NCBI GenBank assembly: GCA_031701365.1
Contig: GCA_031701365.1_4118.1
From: Escherichia coli
GTDB lineage: Bacteria; Pseudomonadota; Gammaproteobacteria; Enterobacterales; Enterobacteriaceae
Reading direction: 5' to 3' (one strand)
Length of the DNA stretch: 64,000 nucleotides
Shown: one piece after another, positions 15,060 through 24,601 of the stretch
How positions within the stretch are numbered: the stretch's first letter is position 1
Layout: every line of letters starts with the position of its first letter
Notes under the pieces: model-generated
What the model was told of the DNA's origin: nothing
What the model saw: only the letters and a program-made list of their open reading frames with translations
Databases searched by the model: none
Made by a program: the position numbers and the translations under genes

Positions 15060-15674
15060 ATGACCAGAATTAAAATGTATGATTTGATGCAGTACAGTAA
15101 AATTGCCATTCCAGTGCTTAATAAAGTGCTGGATGCATTCATTGCCAAATACCCTGAGAATTCAGTGTTATGTATTCCATTTAGTGTTCCAGATAAAGAT
15201 GATATATTCCAAGTGAATGTCAGTACACGTGGTATTACATTGCAGCAGAAATACATGGATACGGAATATTATGGAATAAAGTTGGATTCAGTACAGGGTT
15301 CAAAATCAGCCTATGATTTTTTTGTTCCTAATAACATCGAGTCATGGGAAACAAACATTTCAAAGAAAGATGAAAATGATGTTCCTATTAGTGGTGTGTT
15401 CAACAATAAAGTTTTTTATTATTACGAAACCGACAAATTCCCTGAAGAGTTATATTACAATTCAGAAATGAATGAAGATGTAGATGCATTCATGTTTCAA
15501 TTATCTTTAGTACATGATATCATTGATGTTCAAGAGTTAAGAGCAGAAATCAATTTAGCTAAAGAGTTATCGGACATGCTGCCACCGTTTAGTATGCTTT
15601 TTTGTGAAGGAGGTTATTTTTCAAAAGAAGTGTTTGAACATTTCGTAGATGTTGTAAAAGGGTTGGATATATAG
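15060..15674 (+). CDS. family-B protein (long form)
   Basis: First in-frame ATG at 15060 (track GTG 15051); motif DVDAFMFQLSLVHD. Confidence 0.75.
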   Translation: MTRIKMYDLMQYSKIAIPVLNKVLDAFIAKYPENSVLCIPFSVPDKDDIFQVNVSTRGITLQQKYMDTEYYGIKLDSVQGSKSAYDFFVPNNIESWETNISKKDENDVPISGVFNNKVFYYYETDKFPEELYYNSEMNEDVDAFMFQLSLVHDIIDVQELRAEINLAKELSDMLPPFSMLFCEGGYFSKEVFEHFVDVVKGLDI

Positions 15675-15675
15675 T

Positions 15676-15870
15676 ATGCTTATAATTGATATTAAACAAA
15701 AATACCGTAAGTTTGATTGGTTCACCGATAGTTTCCAGCTTGAATTATTACATATGAATATCAGTGAAACATTATGTGCAGAAACACAAGATGAATTTGA
15801 TGATAGAGTGATGAACATAGTAATGCTTTCTTGCTTTAAACATTTTGGTTATTTTTTCGGGCAGAATTGA
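15676..15870 (+). CDS. family-B remnant (64 aa, lacks the N-terminal two-thirds)
   Basis: Motif-like TDSFQLELLH sits near the N-terminus, so this looks like a truncated copy. Confidence 0.5.
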   Translation: MLIIDIKQKYRKFDWFTDSFQLELLHMNISETLCAETQDEFDDRVMNIVMLSCFKHFGYFFGQN

Positions 15871-15877
15871 GGTAAAA

Positions 15878-16393
15878 ATGCATCAACACAAGCATCATTC
15901 ATATGATTTTGCAATTAACATTATGAAGTTTATTCGAGCGTTGGAGGATGGGAAGCTTAGTCATAAGTACAGGAAAGAGGGTAACAATTGGTTCAGAAAT
16001 GATTCCGAGTTCAGTTGTCATAAAATCGTGTATAGTAATCAGTACAGTGCCAATTACCTACAAGATGTAGTGATGTGTTTTGAATACGTGTTGCAGTTCA
16101 GGGGTTCAATCCAAGATGAGTTGATGGAGAACATGTACATCCGATACCTTCCAATGCTCAAAGATGAAAATGTATTATTAAATTCAATATATCAACGAGT
16201 TCGTGAAATAGAGTGCAGGGATATATTAGATACAGAAGAATCGTATTTCCAGCAATCCCTGATTTATTCACCTGATTTATTACAGGTACATAATTTGTTT
16301 AATACATTACGTCAGAACATCAGTACAGACATATTTTTGTCATTATCGGATTATGATACATTTGTCAAAGATTTAGAGGAAATAGGTTTATGA
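15878..16393 (+). CDS. family-B protein (long form)
   Basis: Track ORF 15845 trimmed to ATG 15878 after GAGGT SD; motif TEESYFQQSLIYS. Confidence 0.75.
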   Translation: MHQHKHHSYDFAINIMKFIRALEDGKLSHKYRKEGNNWFRNDSEFSCHKIVYSNQYSANYLQDVVMCFEYVLQFRGSIQDELMENMYIRYLPMLKDENVLLNSIYQRVREIECRDILDTEESYFQQSLIYSPDLLQVHNLFNTLRQNISTDIFLSLSDYDTFVKDLEEIGL

Positions 16394-16734
16394 GTAGATT
16401 TTCAGTTTATATAGTAAACGTCAGTAAAGATGGTAGTTTAATTGAATTTGATGTAGTTGATAACAATGATAATTCATATGGTATTAAGGTACAGGACAAT
16501 GATGTGCAGTTCAGTACAAGAACAAATTTTGAAAATCCAGTCCAAGTTCCTAATTTCATAGAAGATGAAGCAGCACGTTTCCAATACGAAACGGCATATG
16601 ACAATGTACATATGCATATTATTATGCAAACGAGTTTAGTTCAATTAGTTCCTTTGTTCAGACAAAATATATATGTACATGAAGTGTCGATTAATGGCAT
16701 TCAAAGTTCCGTTTTGTTCGATACAAATATGTAA
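16390..16734 (+). CDS. family-B protein (short form)
   Basis: ATGA overlap; motif DEAARFQYETAYD. Confidence 0.8.
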   Translation: MSRFSVYIVNVSKDGSLIEFDVVDNNDNSYGIKVQDNDVQFSTRTNFENPVQVPNFIEDEAARFQYETAYDNVHMHIIMQTSLVQLVPLFRQNIYVHEVSINGIQSSVLFDTNM

Positions 16735-16744
16735 GGAAAGTACA

Positions 16745-17296
16745 ATGAGTTCAATGAGTTTATTAGATACATTAGAAAAAGACAGAAGTGCAATTAAGCG
16801 TTTAAAAGAGCAAGTACAAAAGATTGTATACAACGTTGATAAGTTTGAGGTTCCCGGAAGATTTGGTGATATTTCCCATACGGAGATCAAATCCCTTAAG
16901 TCAGATTTGTTGATTAAAAATAAAAATGGGTTGATTTTAGTTTTGAGTTCAGATATGATGGGGGCAACACATAGTTATAATGCCGTATCGGTGCGTTCCG
17001 AGTGTGAAGGTATATATCTATCACAGGGTTTCAATAGCGAGACACAGGTTTGTTTTTGTGATGCAGTACATGACCCTATGAAGTTCACGAGAAGTGAAGC
17101 CCAAGCGTTATTAGAGCTATCAGACGAGAGTTTGTTTCAGTACAGTACAATGTATGACAATGATAAGATTCGTTGTATGTACGCTGTAAAGCATTATACA
17201 CAGGAGTTTTCTGGATTTGCATACCTTTTAGTTAGAACCAATACCAGATATATTGATATGTTAGAAGATTACATCGATAAAGTTGTTAATGTATGA
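16745..17296 (+). CDS. family-B protein (long form)
   Basis: Track ORF 16673 trimmed to ATG 16745 after AAGGA SD; motif SDESLFQYSTMYD. Confidence 0.75.
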   Translation: MSSMSLLDTLEKDRSAIKRLKEQVQKIVYNVDKFEVPGRFGDISHTEIKSLKSDLLIKNKNGLILVLSSDMMGATHSYNAVSVRSECEGIYLSQGFNSETQVCFCDAVHDPMKFTRSEAQALLELSDESLFQYSTMYDNDKIRCMYAVKHYTQEFSGFAYLLVRTNTRYIDMLEDYIDKVVNV

Positions 17297-17308
17297 TTTT
17301 GTGATGGG

Positions 17309-17488
17309 ATGATGCTAATGAAAGAGTTATTTGAAGATCAGTTCAATACATATGTGGATAATATTCTTTATTCCAGTCGTGCCAGTCAACGAGGAAATCG
17401 TGCTTACAATATTGATTACCTATTAGTGGTGCTGAGTTCACAGTACACCAATGCGGTACAAAGGGTTTATTATGAAAAGTGCAAGTAA
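17309..17488 (+). CDS. hypothetical mini-protein (59 aa, below track cutoff)
   Basis: Read by hand: MMLMKELFEDQFNTYVDNILYSS...; fills an otherwise empty 150-bp gap. Confidence 0.4.
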   Translation: MMLMKELFEDQFNTYVDNILYSSRASQRGNRAYNIDYLLVVLSSQYTNAVQRVYYEKCK

Positions 17489-17681
17489 TAGTGATATTGC
17501 AAAGGAGAAGTTTAAGTGCAGTTTAGATTACGGTTTAAATAATTTTCTTACATGCACAATGTACAGGGATGATGATTATGAACAATCCGTAATTTCGTTG
17601 CACAGATATTTCGAAATAATTTACGCAAGATATCTTAGAAGGTTAGATGGGATAGGGGATTGGAATTATGATTACGTTTGA
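17472..17681 (+). CDS. hypothetical protein (69 aa)
   Basis: Track ORF 17451 trimmed to ATG 17472 (MKSASNS) after AAGGG. Confidence 0.5.
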   Translation: MKSASNSDIAKEKFKCSLDYGLNNFLTCTMYRDDDYEQSVISLHRYFEIIYARYLRRLDGIGDWNYDYV

Positions 17682-17892
17682 AGAGCCGGAAGTGGTATAT
17701 TGCTTTAGTGTGAAAGGTTTTGAATACATGATGGATTCGATTTTGAAGGATACATATTTGGTTCAGATTGCAGTTGCACATAATGCAGATAATGCATTAC
17801 AGCGAGTATTGAATATATACGAGAGGACGAGTCGAAGGCTTTGTGCAATGAAAAGGATTGAAGAAATAAAGGTTTCTAGGCTGAATAAATAG
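17668..17892 (+). CDS. hypothetical protein (74 aa)
   Basis: GGGGATTGGA upstream; last gene before a 200-bp non-coding gap. Confidence 0.6.
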   Translation: MITFEEPEVVYCFSVKGFEYMMDSILKDTYLVQIAVAHNADNALQRVLNIYERTSRRLCAMKRIEEIKVSRLNK

Positions 17893-18090
17893 AGACGTTT
17901 CATTTTGACAGGCCGCTGGAGGGGGTCAAAAAAATTTCCGCTGAAAAACATGCTAAGGTATATGTTTAATATAAAGTTTTATATTGTGTTTTTCAGAGTA
18001 CAGTTCATGTTTCCTTAAACAAAAAATACCCCGCCACCGAACGTGCTCTTTATATTGGAGTTTACCTTATTAATTATAGTAGAGATTGAG

Positions 18091-18468
18091 ATGGAAATAA
18101 AATATAATGAATTTTGTGCAAGGACATGGATGTACACTGGTGAGTTAGTTACGCACTCTAACTTATACAAGGGTGATTTAAACTACGCTAGGGACAAGAT
18201 TTTAAAGTACTGGAATGCTGACTTTTATTTGATGGATTTTAGTACTGGGTTTAGGGGTAAAGCAACCGAGATGTTGGACTATACAGTACTTGATGATGCT
18301 GCACTGTTTCAGGCGGCATTAGTATTTGATAAGAAGTACATCTGTACATTAGAAGAGATGATTGAATTACAGCGTAGAATTAAATGTATTCACAGGGAAT
18401 GTATAGATATCTGGTGCAGTACTGGTGAAGATGATTTTTGTAATCATTTCAATCTAGGGGAAGAGTGA
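18091..18468 (+). CDS. family-B protein (short form, triplet copy 1)
   Basis: Track ORF 18043 trimmed to ATG 18091; DDAALFQAALVFDKKYICTLEEM. Confidence 0.75.
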   Translation: MEIKYNEFCARTWMYTGELVTHSNLYKGDLNYARDKILKYWNADFYLMDFSTGFRGKATEMLDYTVLDDAALFQAALVFDKKYICTLEEMIELQRRIKCIHRECIDIWCSTGEDDFCNHFNLGEE

Positions 18469-18824
18469 TGGAATTTGATTTTTTAATATCAGTACATTCT
18501 TTTAAGCACAGTTTTCAGTACTTTTGTAATTTAAACAAAGGTGATTTAATGCACAGTGCGAATGAGTATATTCATTACACTCAGGGTAAATTTACATTCA
18601 TTGATTACAGTTCATTACAGTATCCACACCAAGATATGCCGGACTATACATTAATGGATACCGCAGAACTATTCCAAGAATCATTAGTATTTGATAAGAA
18701 GTACATATGTACCTTTGAAGAAGTAATTGCTATACAAAATGAAATGAAGAAGTATGCTGCTTTGAATAAACCCAATGCAAGTATTAATCAAGAATACAAA
18801 TTCAATTTAGGAATTCAAGAATGA
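18465..18824 (+). CDS. family-B protein (short form, triplet copy 2)
   Basis: ATGA overlap; DTAELFQESLVFDKKYICTFEEV. Confidence 0.8.
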   Translation: MMEFDFLISVHSFKHSFQYFCNLNKGDLMHSANEYIHYTQGKFTFIDYSSLQYPHQDMPDYTLMDTAELFQESLVFDKKYICTFEEVIAIQNEMKKYAALNKPNASINQEYKFNLGIQE

Positions 18825-19180
18825 CATATGATTATTCTATGTACTATTATAAGTTACCTAAAGGATGGGACTTGTGCTGTAATCTTATTAAGGGAGACTC
18901 GGAACATGAGTTGAGTTTATATATGCACTACAAAGATTCTTGTTTTAAATTTATTCATGTATTACATGATGGCTATGACTATGAATCTGAGAGTCTCATA
19001 GATTATACAGTACTGGACGATGGTGAACTATTTCAGGAAGCATTAGTGTTTGATAAGAATAAGTACTCCTGTACATTTGAAGAAATGGTTTCTTTGCAAA
19101 ATGAAATGAAGAGATTTGAAAAAGAAAACGTATTTAATCCATCCCCATCAAGAACGAATAATTATTATTTCAATATATGA
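18821..19180 (+). CDS. family-B protein (short form, triplet copy 3)
   Basis: ATGA overlap; DDGELFQEALVFDKNKYSCTFEEM. Confidence 0.8.
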   Translation: MTYDYSMYYYKLPKGWDLCCNLIKGDSEHELSLYMHYKDSCFKFIHVLHDGYDYESESLIDYTVLDDGELFQEALVFDKNKYSCTFEEMVSLQNEMKRFEKENVFNPSPSRTNNYYFNI

Positions 19181-19189
19181 GATTATAAA

Positions 19190-19660
19190 ATGACATTACA
19201 GAGTTCATTGGAAAAAGCAAAGAAGATTCATGAGTACATGAATATGGCAAAAGAAGGTTCAGTTTACGGTGTTTTCAAAGACACAAGTACTCAATATTAT
19301 GTACCGGATAACCTCCTTTATAATGACTGCTCAGATACAGAAACGTGCGTACTGGATACCGACCCTAATGATTATGAATGCTTCATTAATATGCATAATG
19401 AGTACATGGTCTATATTAATGATTCAGATACTATCTACAGTACTGACAGCGATTCCAATGACATTATAATTCCGAGTGAAGTACTGGAAGGTCCGTGGGA
19501 TAGTGAAGAGTATTACTTCCAACAAAGTACTGTATACGATAATGAAGTACTTGATGTTATTATAATTATGTGGTACTTTAAAAGTATTGGTTCTGGGAAC
19601 TTCTTTTTCGATTACAAATACGTAAAGAAAACTGTAGATAACGGTATTAACAGGGGTTAA
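19190..19660 (+). CDS. family-B protein (long form, quintet copy 1)
   Basis: N-terminus MTLQSSLEKAKKIHEY; VLEGPWDSEEYYFQQSTVYD; WYFK. Confidence 0.85.
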   Translation: MTLQSSLEKAKKIHEYMNMAKEGSVYGVFKDTSTQYYVPDNLLYNDCSDTETCVLDTDPNDYECFINMHNEYMVYINDSDTIYSTDSDSNDIIIPSEVLEGPWDSEEYYFQQSTVYDNEVLDVIIIMWYFKSIGSGNFFFDYKYVKKTVDNGINRG

Positions 19661-19661
19661 A

Positions 19662-20132
19662 ATGAGTTTAGAAAGAGCATTAGAGATTGCGAAGTTAATT
19701 GATTTATGCAGCAAAGAAATTGTATCAAATTGTCTCAATGGATATCTATTCAAGGAAGGTAAATCATATTGTCGAATGATATACGATGACAGTAGTGAAT
19801 ATATCCATATGTATGAAGAAAACTTAGATGATTCTGACATAGTACTCACAGGATGTGATGTTAATTTGGAAGATAATTACATGTACTTCTGCCGTGATGC
19901 TGATATTTTAATCCAAGATTCATTAATTCAAACAGGTGCACCAGAGGTATATCTTCCGTATTCAGTACTGGATAATAACTGGGGTAGTGAAGATTACTAT
20001 TTCCAGCAGAGTACTATATATAATGAAGATATACTTGACAAACTTGTTATTTCTTGGTACTTTCATAACACGGATTATAGTAGCTTCTACATAGACTTGG
20101 ATCTACTAAGAGTACTTAAAGAGGATATATGA
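19662..20132 (+). CDS. family-B protein (long form, quintet copy 2)
   Basis: MSLERALEIAK; NNWGSEDYYFQQSTIYN; WYFH. Confidence 0.85.
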   Translation: MSLERALEIAKLIDLCSKEIVSNCLNGYLFKEGKSYCRMIYDDSSEYIHMYEENLDDSDIVLTGCDVNLEDNYMYFCRDADILIQDSLIQTGAPEVYLPYSVLDNNWGSEDYYFQQSTIYNEDILDKLVISWYFHNTDYSSFYIDLDLLRVLKEDI

Positions 20133-20569
20133 GTTTAGAAAGAGCACTAGAACTAGCCAACAAAATACATCAGTACCATGATAAAATAAAAAGTGGGTTC
20201 TATGCTGATAAAGTACATGCATATGGGAATGAATATTATCTCACAGGAGTAAAGAGATACTCTAATGATATTTTACTTATGGGTCATGATAAAGACTATA
20301 CTATACAGTACTCTTCATGTAGTCAATATACTAGTTTTATGGTATATATTCCTGGTACTAAGATTACTTTTGACACATCAAATACACCTGTTGACTTCGG
20401 GGTACTTGATGGCCCGTGGGGTACTGAAGAGTATTACTTCCAACAGAGTCTCATTTTTAACCAAGAAATGCTTGATTCCTTGGTTGTGTTGTGGTACTTT
20501 AAGGAATTGAATTTTGAACCATTCTTTCTTGACTGGGGTTCATGTGAGTATTTAAGTTCAGGGGAATAA
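20129..20569 (+). CDS. family-B protein (long form, quintet copy 3)
   Basis: MSLERALELAN; GPWGTEEYYFQQSLIFN; WYFK. Confidence 0.85.
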   Translation: MSLERALELANKIHQYHDKIKSGFYADKVHAYGNEYYLTGVKRYSNDILLMGHDKDYTIQYSSCSQYTSFMVYIPGTKITFDTSNTPVDFGVLDGPWGTEEYYFQQSLIFNQEMLDSLVVLWYFKELNFEPFFLDWGSCEYLSSGE

Positions 20570-20571
20570 TA

Positions 20572-21060
20572 ATGTCATTACAAAGTGCATTGAAAGAAGC
20601 AAAGAAGATTCATGAGTACATGATTATGGTACAGGAAGGTTCAGTACCAGGTGTATACAAAACATCAGATACGGAATTCTTCGTTAAGGATAGAGATGAT
20701 TATGACGAATCAGAGGTATGTGCAGAAACATTAGTACTGCACACTGATACTGGTGACAGTGATAACTGTGAATATCATATGTACAACCAGTACATTAGTT
20801 ATTGCCGTAATGAAGATATTACCATCTACAACACAGATAGTGATGCTGATGACACTATCATTCCTTATTCAGTACTGGAAGGTCAGTGGGATAGTGAAGA
20901 ATATTACTTCCAGAATAGTACTATCTACAATGAAGAAGAACTGGATGTTATTGTGATTATGTGGTATTTCAAAAGTATTGACTCCAGTAGTTTCTATTTT
21001 GATTATGAATATGTAGAGAATACGATAGGAGAAGGTAATGTCATTACAAAGTGCTCTTGA
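20572..21060 (+). CDS. family-B protein (long form, quintet copy 4)
   Basis: MSLQSALKEAKKIHEY; GQWDSEEYYFQNSTIYN; WYFK. Confidence 0.85.
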   Translation: MSLQSALKEAKKIHEYMIMVQEGSVPGVYKTSDTEFFVKDRDDYDESEVCAETLVLHTDTGDSDNCEYHMYNQYISYCRNEDITIYNTDSDADDTIIPYSVLEGQWDSEEYYFQNSTIYNEEELDVIVIMWYFKSIDSSSFYFDYEYVENTIGEGNVITKCS

Positions 21061-21490
21061 AAAAGCAAAAGAACTACATGGATACGTTGAAGATATAAAG
21101 GCAGAAAAGTTCAAAGAAGTGTACAAAGCCGAGAACGGTAACTACTACAAAGATGAAATGTATAATAACTCCGTTGGAGTAAGGGTTATTCTTGGGTTGA
21201 ATTCCAATAGCCCAGTGTCGTATTCGGAATACAATAGAGATGCAGAATTCATTAGTTATGTTGAAAATGGTAGCATTCGTTTTATTAATAGACAAAAACC
21301 ATTAACATTGAATTGTGAAGTACTGAATGGTCCGTGGAATAGTGAAGAGTATTACTTCCAAAACAGTACTGTATATGATGATGAAGTACTTGAAGCATTA
21401 GTTATTATGTGGTACTTCAAGAGTGTTAGCTGTCCTCGATTTTATTTGGATTTCGAAGAACTTCGTAAAGATCCAGAAGGTATAGAATGA
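21038..21490 (+). CDS. family-B protein (long form, quintet copy 5)
   Basis: MSLQSALEKAKELHGY; GPWNSEEYYFQNSTVYD; WYFK. Confidence 0.85.
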   Translation: MSLQSALEKAKELHGYVEDIKAEKFKEVYKAENGNYYKDEMYNNSVGVRVILGLNSNSPVSYSEYNRDAEFISYVENGSIRFINRQKPLTLNCEVLNGPWNSEEYYFQNSTVYDDEVLEALVIMWYFKSVSCPRFYLDFEELRKDPEGIE

Positions 21491-21801
21491 AAAACTTATT
21501 CAGTGTTCAGTACGTCCCTGGTGAAATTGGTTTATTATATCTATTTGACCATGATAATTCATTATTACTAGTAGTGAAGAAATGCCAAGCTAGTTCGTTT
21601 GTTGAATACATTCACGATAGTGAATACATTCCTGATTTCCTAGAGTGTGATTATCACGATGAACATGAATCATTTATTTTTCAGGAATCACTAGTATGGG
21701 ATAAATCGATCAACTTCTTTACGTTAATTGAATTACAAAAGCAGGTGAAGTATTATTGGGATTACTTAATTACACAGGATTACATTGAGATTGAAACATA
21801 A
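21487..21801 (+). CDS. family-B protein (short form)
   Basis: ATGA overlap; motif HESFIFQESLVWD. Confidence 0.8.
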   Translation: MKNLFSVQYVPGEIGLLYLFDHDNSLLLVVKKCQASSFVEYIHDSEYIPDFLECDYHDEHESFIFQESLVWDKSINFFTLIELQKQVKYYWDYLITQDYIEIET

Positions 21802-22109
21802 TGACAAAAAATGAATTTGATTCACTTTGTACGGTTTATAATTCATTGACAGAAATACCTGACTTTATTAATTACATTTCAGCGTTAAATCATATTATGC
21901 ATAGTTTTGAACAATCGTTTGAAGAGAAATATGCAGGTAGAAAAGTTCTATGTCATATGTCAATGTACTTGGGAGATGGTGAGCCTTACACTACCAGTAC
22001 TACATGTGAAATAAAAAAATATAATATATTATTGGGCACAATAGAATTCACAGTATCCAATGGTGGTAGTTATATGTACTTTAGAGATGGAGTGGTTGAA
22101 TTATTATGA
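21801..22109 (+). CDS. family-C small protein inside the B array
   Basis: TAATG overlap; EEKYAGRKVLCHM followed by a beta-rich C-terminal half, as in the 53407 and 53664 genes. Confidence 0.7.
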   Translation: MTKNEFDSLCTVYNSLTEIPDFINYISALNHIMHSFEQSFEEKYAGRKVLCHMSMYLGDGEPYTTSTTCEIKKYNILLGTIEFTVSNGGSYMYFRDGVVELL

Positions 22110-22555
22110 GTTACGAAAGTGCAATCAAGAAAGCAAATGATATTCTAAAAGTTGTTCAGTTCTTCAAAGAAAATCCTGAATACCTAGATGATGAAAACCA
22201 TGATCACGATGAGAGATTGAGAAGAAAAATTGTCTCTTTATTTGACACTAATGCGGATAATTATAGTCTAATTGAGTTAGCATACGATTATATTTCATTG
22301 AACCGAAACGGACATTTAGTTAATATAGAAAGACATGCGAGTGAAGAATCTTTTAAAATTTCAGACATTTTATCCCTGAGTACTGAAGAAGGGTACTTCC
22401 AGGGTAGTACTGTTTATGAACAAGGAACACTTGACAATCTATGCACATTCAGTGTAATATATCAGAAATCAGTACTGGATGTATTTTATCTTGACACTGC
22501 TGAACTGGATACACTAATCAATTTTGTTACTACTGAAGAGGCCACATTTGAGTGA
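22106..22555 (+). CDS. family-B protein (long form)
   Basis: MSYESAIKKANDIL; motif TEEGYFQGSTVYE, which fits the TEV consensus E-x-x-Y-x-Q-G. Confidence 0.8.
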   Translation: MSYESAIKKANDILKVVQFFKENPEYLDDENHDHDERLRRKIVSLFDTNADNYSLIELAYDYISLNRNGHLVNIERHASEESFKISDILSLSTEEGYFQGSTVYEQGTLDNLCTFSVIYQKSVLDVFYLDTAELDTLINFVTTEEATFE

Positions 22556-23088
22556 TGAAAGTTAACATCAATGACTTTGATGCATTACAAGATTTATCAA
22601 AAAAGATTCGCATAATCGTACCAGTACTCAAAAAATGCAGTACTGGTTTAATTGATCCTAGTACTGTTGTTAATGAGAAGTACAATTTTCATCGTGTATT
22701 ACAGGGTACAGGTGCATTTCAGAAGTGTGATGTACGTGAGAAACACGTAATTGATACATCATTGTTTTCTATTGGTGCACCTGTGTCGAATAATTCTATT
22801 TTCCTGGATAACGCAGGAAATATTCAACAATTAACATTTAAGAAAAGGAAAAAGAACAATAACATTGGTGTGTACGCGATGAAGTGGGGTCAACCTGATT
22901 TGAAGCGTGAAATTCACATCCCTAAGTACAATTACAATGCATTTGACGAACAGTGTTTTCAACTATCGTGTACTGACCCTGACTATGCAATCATTCAGTT
23001 CTATATGGAATTGCAGATAGCATTTAACAGTAATTTATATATTAACTTGTTGGCAATGAACATCGATGAAGTATTCAAAAACATTTAA
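22552..23088 (+). CDS. family-B protein (long form, divergent)
   Basis: ATGA overlap; motif FDEQCFQLSCTDP. Confidence 0.75.
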   Translation: MMKVNINDFDALQDLSKKIRIIVPVLKKCSTGLIDPSTVVNEKYNFHRVLQGTGAFQKCDVREKHVIDTSLFSIGAPVSNNSIFLDNAGNIQQLTFKKRKKNNNIGVYAMKWGQPDLKREIHIPKYNYNAFDEQCFQLSCTDPDYAIIQFYMELQIAFNSNLYINLLAMNIDEVFKNI

Positions 23089-23284
23089 TCGAATTGAATA
23101 CATGAGAACTGTGAGTGCAGTGTGGGATATATGGTTCACTACTAAACCAAAAATGGATTACCATGACTTTAAGCTCTTGTTCTTCGTTGGCTCTAACAAA
23201 CAGGATGTTGCAATGAAGGGTTATATTCAGCACTTACAGGAACTAATTCAGAAGAGGGTTAATGAAAATAATAGACCAAGATGA
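23066..23284 (+). CDS. family-A small protein embedded in the B array
   Basis: Motif LFFVGSNKQDVAM. Confidence 0.7.
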   Translation: MKYSKTFNRIEYMRTVSAVWDIWFTTKPKMDYHDFKLLFFVGSNKQDVAMKGYIQHLQELIQKRVNENNRPR

Positions 23285-23453
23285 TATTGCTAAACTATTC
23301 AATATATATTCTACTAGAATGATGCAAACCGACTCATATGGTACGGAATTCAAAGAGTTGAAAGTACTGATGTACTTGGGAACCCAATATCAGGAACAAG
23401 TTATTTTGGAATATATTAATTCGTTGAAGAAGGATATCCGTTATGTACGATGA
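23262..23453 (+). CDS. family-A small protein embedded in the B array
   Basis: Motif LMYLGTQYQEQVI. Confidence 0.75.
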   Translation: MKIIDQDDIAKLFNIYSTRMMQTDSYGTEFKELKVLMYLGTQYQEQVILEYINSLKKDIRYVR

Positions 23454-24003
23454 TTTAGATCTTGCGTTTGAACGTATGGTAATTTTAATGCAATGTGCAG
23501 AAATGCATGAAACAATCCGTCGCACCAAAGGGATTGAATATACAAGTAAACTATTCTCATACGAAAGTCGTCGAGGGATGGATCATTTTTACTGCACTGA
23601 TTGTTCAAAGTTTTCAGTACTGAAATATTATCATCCTACTGTTTCCAATAATAGTTTAATATCCACATATGACGGTGATCTGTTTAGTGTAATGTATGAC
23701 ACATTACATCCATCAATTTCAATCTATAAAGATTGCGATAGTAGTTTATCGTATATAATTGAAGATTACTTATCTCCTAATACTGAAGAGAATATTTTTC
23801 AGAACAGTGTGTTGCATGATGAATTAAGTATAAAATGCATCTATATGTTCAATAAGTTAAAAGAGTACGCCGATAATAATTACTTCATTGATGATTTAGC
23901 GGTATTGTCTGTTTCCGTTTTTAATACAAATGATATTGATATGAAATACTATAATGAGATTTATAAAGTACATCATATGTATAAGGAACTATTATGTCAA
24001 TAA
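23443..24003 (+). CDS. family-B protein (long form)
   Basis: Motif TEENIFQNSVLHD. Confidence 0.8.
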   Translation: MYDDLDLAFERMVILMQCAEMHETIRRTKGIEYTSKLFSYESRRGMDHFYCTDCSKFSVLKYYHPTVSNNSLISTYDGDLFSVMYDTLHPSISIYKDCDSSLSYIIEDYLSPNTEENIFQNSVLHDELSIKCIYMFNKLKEYADNNYFIDDLAVLSVSVFNTNDIDMKYYNEIYKVHHMYKELLCQ

Positions 24004-24596
24004 ATGCAAATAAATGTTGTAGTGCAGATGTGCATTTGTTTTTTAAGAAATTGGCAAATGATATTATATATATGCAGGAAATGATTTATCACAAACGAGC
24101 GGATTTAGAAAAAGCATTAGTACAGTTCTCATTTATGCTTGATGGTGATATATTTCTAGAGAGTGATGCATTGCGAATAGTATTAGACAAAAATGCTAAA
24201 AGATTTTTATTTCATGTAGATAATAAATTATGTTCCTCCGTATGTCGTACTTTTTATAATCGTGATTCGGACTTATATCAATTCCTTTATTCTAAAGGTG
24301 CAGTAGAAGCATCATATGGTGATGGTTATGCCCTAGGAAAGAGTATTCCATTTATGAAATCATTTAAAATAGAACACATCAGTACTGATGAAGATGCAAT
24401 GTTCACAAATGATATAACTATGGGACGTGAAGATGCAATGCGATATATTACAAATTCTATGTATACATTCTTTCAACGAACAGAATTTGATAATGTATAT
24501 ATATCAAATGTAAATATTTTCAATGACCTGTGTCAGTACTTGAGAAGTGTTTGTAATTTCGATGAAAGCTATTGTAAGCTATATACTGAGGTATAA
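23994..24596 (+). CDS. family-B protein (long form, degenerate motif)
   Basis: Motif position reads TDEDAMFTNDITMG. Confidence 0.65.
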   Translation: MSINANKCCSADVHLFFKKLANDIIYMQEMIYHKRADLEKALVQFSFMLDGDIFLESDALRIVLDKNAKRFLFHVDNKLCSSVCRTFYNRDSDLYQFLYSKGAVEASYGDGYALGKSIPFMKSFKIEHISTDEDAMFTNDITMGREDAMRYITNSMYTFFQRTEFDNVYISNVNIFNDLCQYLRSVCNFDESYCKLYTEV

Positions 24597-24601
24597 AACA
24601 A

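Noticed and set aside
17893-18090. The 200-bp gap between B sub-arrays as a promoter/terminator module. It contains the TTTTGAC...GTCAAAA dyad, the AATATAAA/TTTATATT hairpin and a CCGCTG direct repeat.
   Set aside because: There is no convincing -35/-10 pair, and no GC-rich stem with a U tract. The elements are AT-rich and weak. I note it as a gap only.
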